Shown here one piece after another: positions 62,797 through 64,000 of a stretch of 64,000 bases of DNA (the first letter of the stretch is position 1; each line of letters starts with the position of its first letter). The DNA is from a bacterium. GTDB lineage: Bacteria > Vulcanimicrobiota > JAZDOK01. The notes beneath the pieces are model-generated. The model saw nothing but the letters and a program-made list of their open reading frames with translations, did no database searches and had not been told where the DNA came from. Position numbers and translations under genes: made by a program. The stretch covers positions 6,284 to 70,283 of the forward strand of contig JAZDOK010000095.1 in the NCBI GenBank assembly GCA_043798715.1. Direction: 5' to 3'.

Positions 62797-63965
62797 ATGA
62801 ATGAAAGTGCTGTGCAACCCACGAAGGAAACCTTCCTTTCGTGGGTTGAAATTAGTCAGGAAGCCCTGGTTCATAACCTGAGGCAGTTCCGCTCCCTGGC
62901 CGGGAAAAGAAAGTTCTGGTCGTCGTCAAGGCAAATGCCTACGGGCACGGCATGCTTGAAATATCCAGGATTGCGCTTTCCGCCGGGGCCGACTGGCTTG
63001 GCGTTCATTCCGGTGAAGAGGGGCTCATCCTTCGCAGAGGCGGGATAACCGCCCCCATCCTGGTCATGGGCTACATCCCCATGGCCCTTCTCCCCGAAGC
63101 AGTGGCGGCGAATCTCAGTATCGGCGCCGTCAATATGGAAACGCTTTCCGCCCTCCGGAAAATCCTCCGCAAAACCGGCGGTATAGCCCGCGTTCACCTT
63201 GAGGTGGAAACCGGTTTGAACCGCATGGGCATCCGGAAAGCCGACCTTCCGGAGACCCTGGAAATCGTCCGGGCCTCCGGCGGGAGTCTCATTGTTGAAG
63301 GCGTCTACACTCATTTCGCCAACATAGAGGACACGACTCAGCACGAGTTCGCCATGGAGCAGCTTCGCCGCTTCATGGAAATCTGCGAGCACCTCAAATC
63401 ATCTGTCCCTGAACCCCTCCTGCGCCACACCGCCTGCACCGCGGCGGCCATCCTGTTCCCGGAAACCTATTTTGATCTTTTACGCGTGGGAATCGGCGCC
63501 TACGGCTTATGGCCGTCCAAGGAAACCCTGATTACGGCCCTTCAGGGGCAGAAGAAACTGCTCGACTTAAAACCCGTCATGACCTGGAAGACGCGGGTGG
63601 CACAGATAAAAAGCGTGACCCCCGGCGAAAGTGTCGGGTACGGAAGAAGCTACCGGGTCACCCGCCCTTCCCGAGTCGCCGTCATCCCGGTCGGATATGC
63701 TGAGGGCTATGACCGAAGCCTATCCAACCAGGGCGCCGTGCTAATCCGTGGAGAGGAGGCCCCGGTGGTGGGCAGGATCTGTATGAACATGTTCATGGTG
63801 GACGTTACTCACATCCCTGAGGTCGCTCTCGAGGACGAAGTCGTTCTTCTGGGCCGTCAGGGCGTCTGCCGGATTCCGGCTGAAGCATTGGCCGAGCTGG
63901 CCGGAACCATCAATTACGAAATCGCGTCCCGGGTCAATCCAAATTTGCCCCGCATCGTCGTCTGA
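62797..63965 (+). pseudogene. alr: Alanine racemase split by a -1 frameshift near 62905-62913
   Basis: WVEIS..AL.HN in one frame; VVKANAYGHG, ETGLNRMG, YTHFA, GYAEGY, GRICM in the next. Confidence 0.85.
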
Positions 63966-64000
63966 GAATATTTCTGGAGGTTGAAATGGTTGAAGATAAA

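Overview
Bacterial chromosome segment, probably from a diderm anaerobe of Terrabacteria affinity. This is an inference from an M-box riboswitch, amj, pcrA, minCDE-rodA and an outer-membrane beta-barrel occurring together. The GC-rich backbone carries the lysS 3' end, tRNA-Ala(GGC), clpB, an M-box-controlled MgtE-N/CBS + Nramp-like Mg locus, corA, a pcrA-amj-ligA-rlmD-Clp ATPase-FHA-Ser/Thr kinase run, an AlbA-glmL-like-radical SAM run, minCDE-rodA-trmO-dsrEFH-like-FTR-dcd, a ferredoxin, a glyA-gcvT fusion and a frameshifted alr. Three accessory patches (about 11.5-15.1, 34.6-44.1 and 57.45-59.38 kb) interrupt the backbone. The most striking structure is an integrase-less set of integron gene cassettes at 34.6-39.4 kb. 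There, cassettes are joined at the integron crossover point to a repeated ~250-275 bp non-coding module carrying a sigma70-like promoter and a co-varying hairpin. A second patch, flanked by a 27-bp direct repeat of the glyA-gcvT 3' end, holds a BrnT/BrnA pair, an HNH cassette with attC, and gene relics. All calls come from reading the sequence by eye; no database searches were run.
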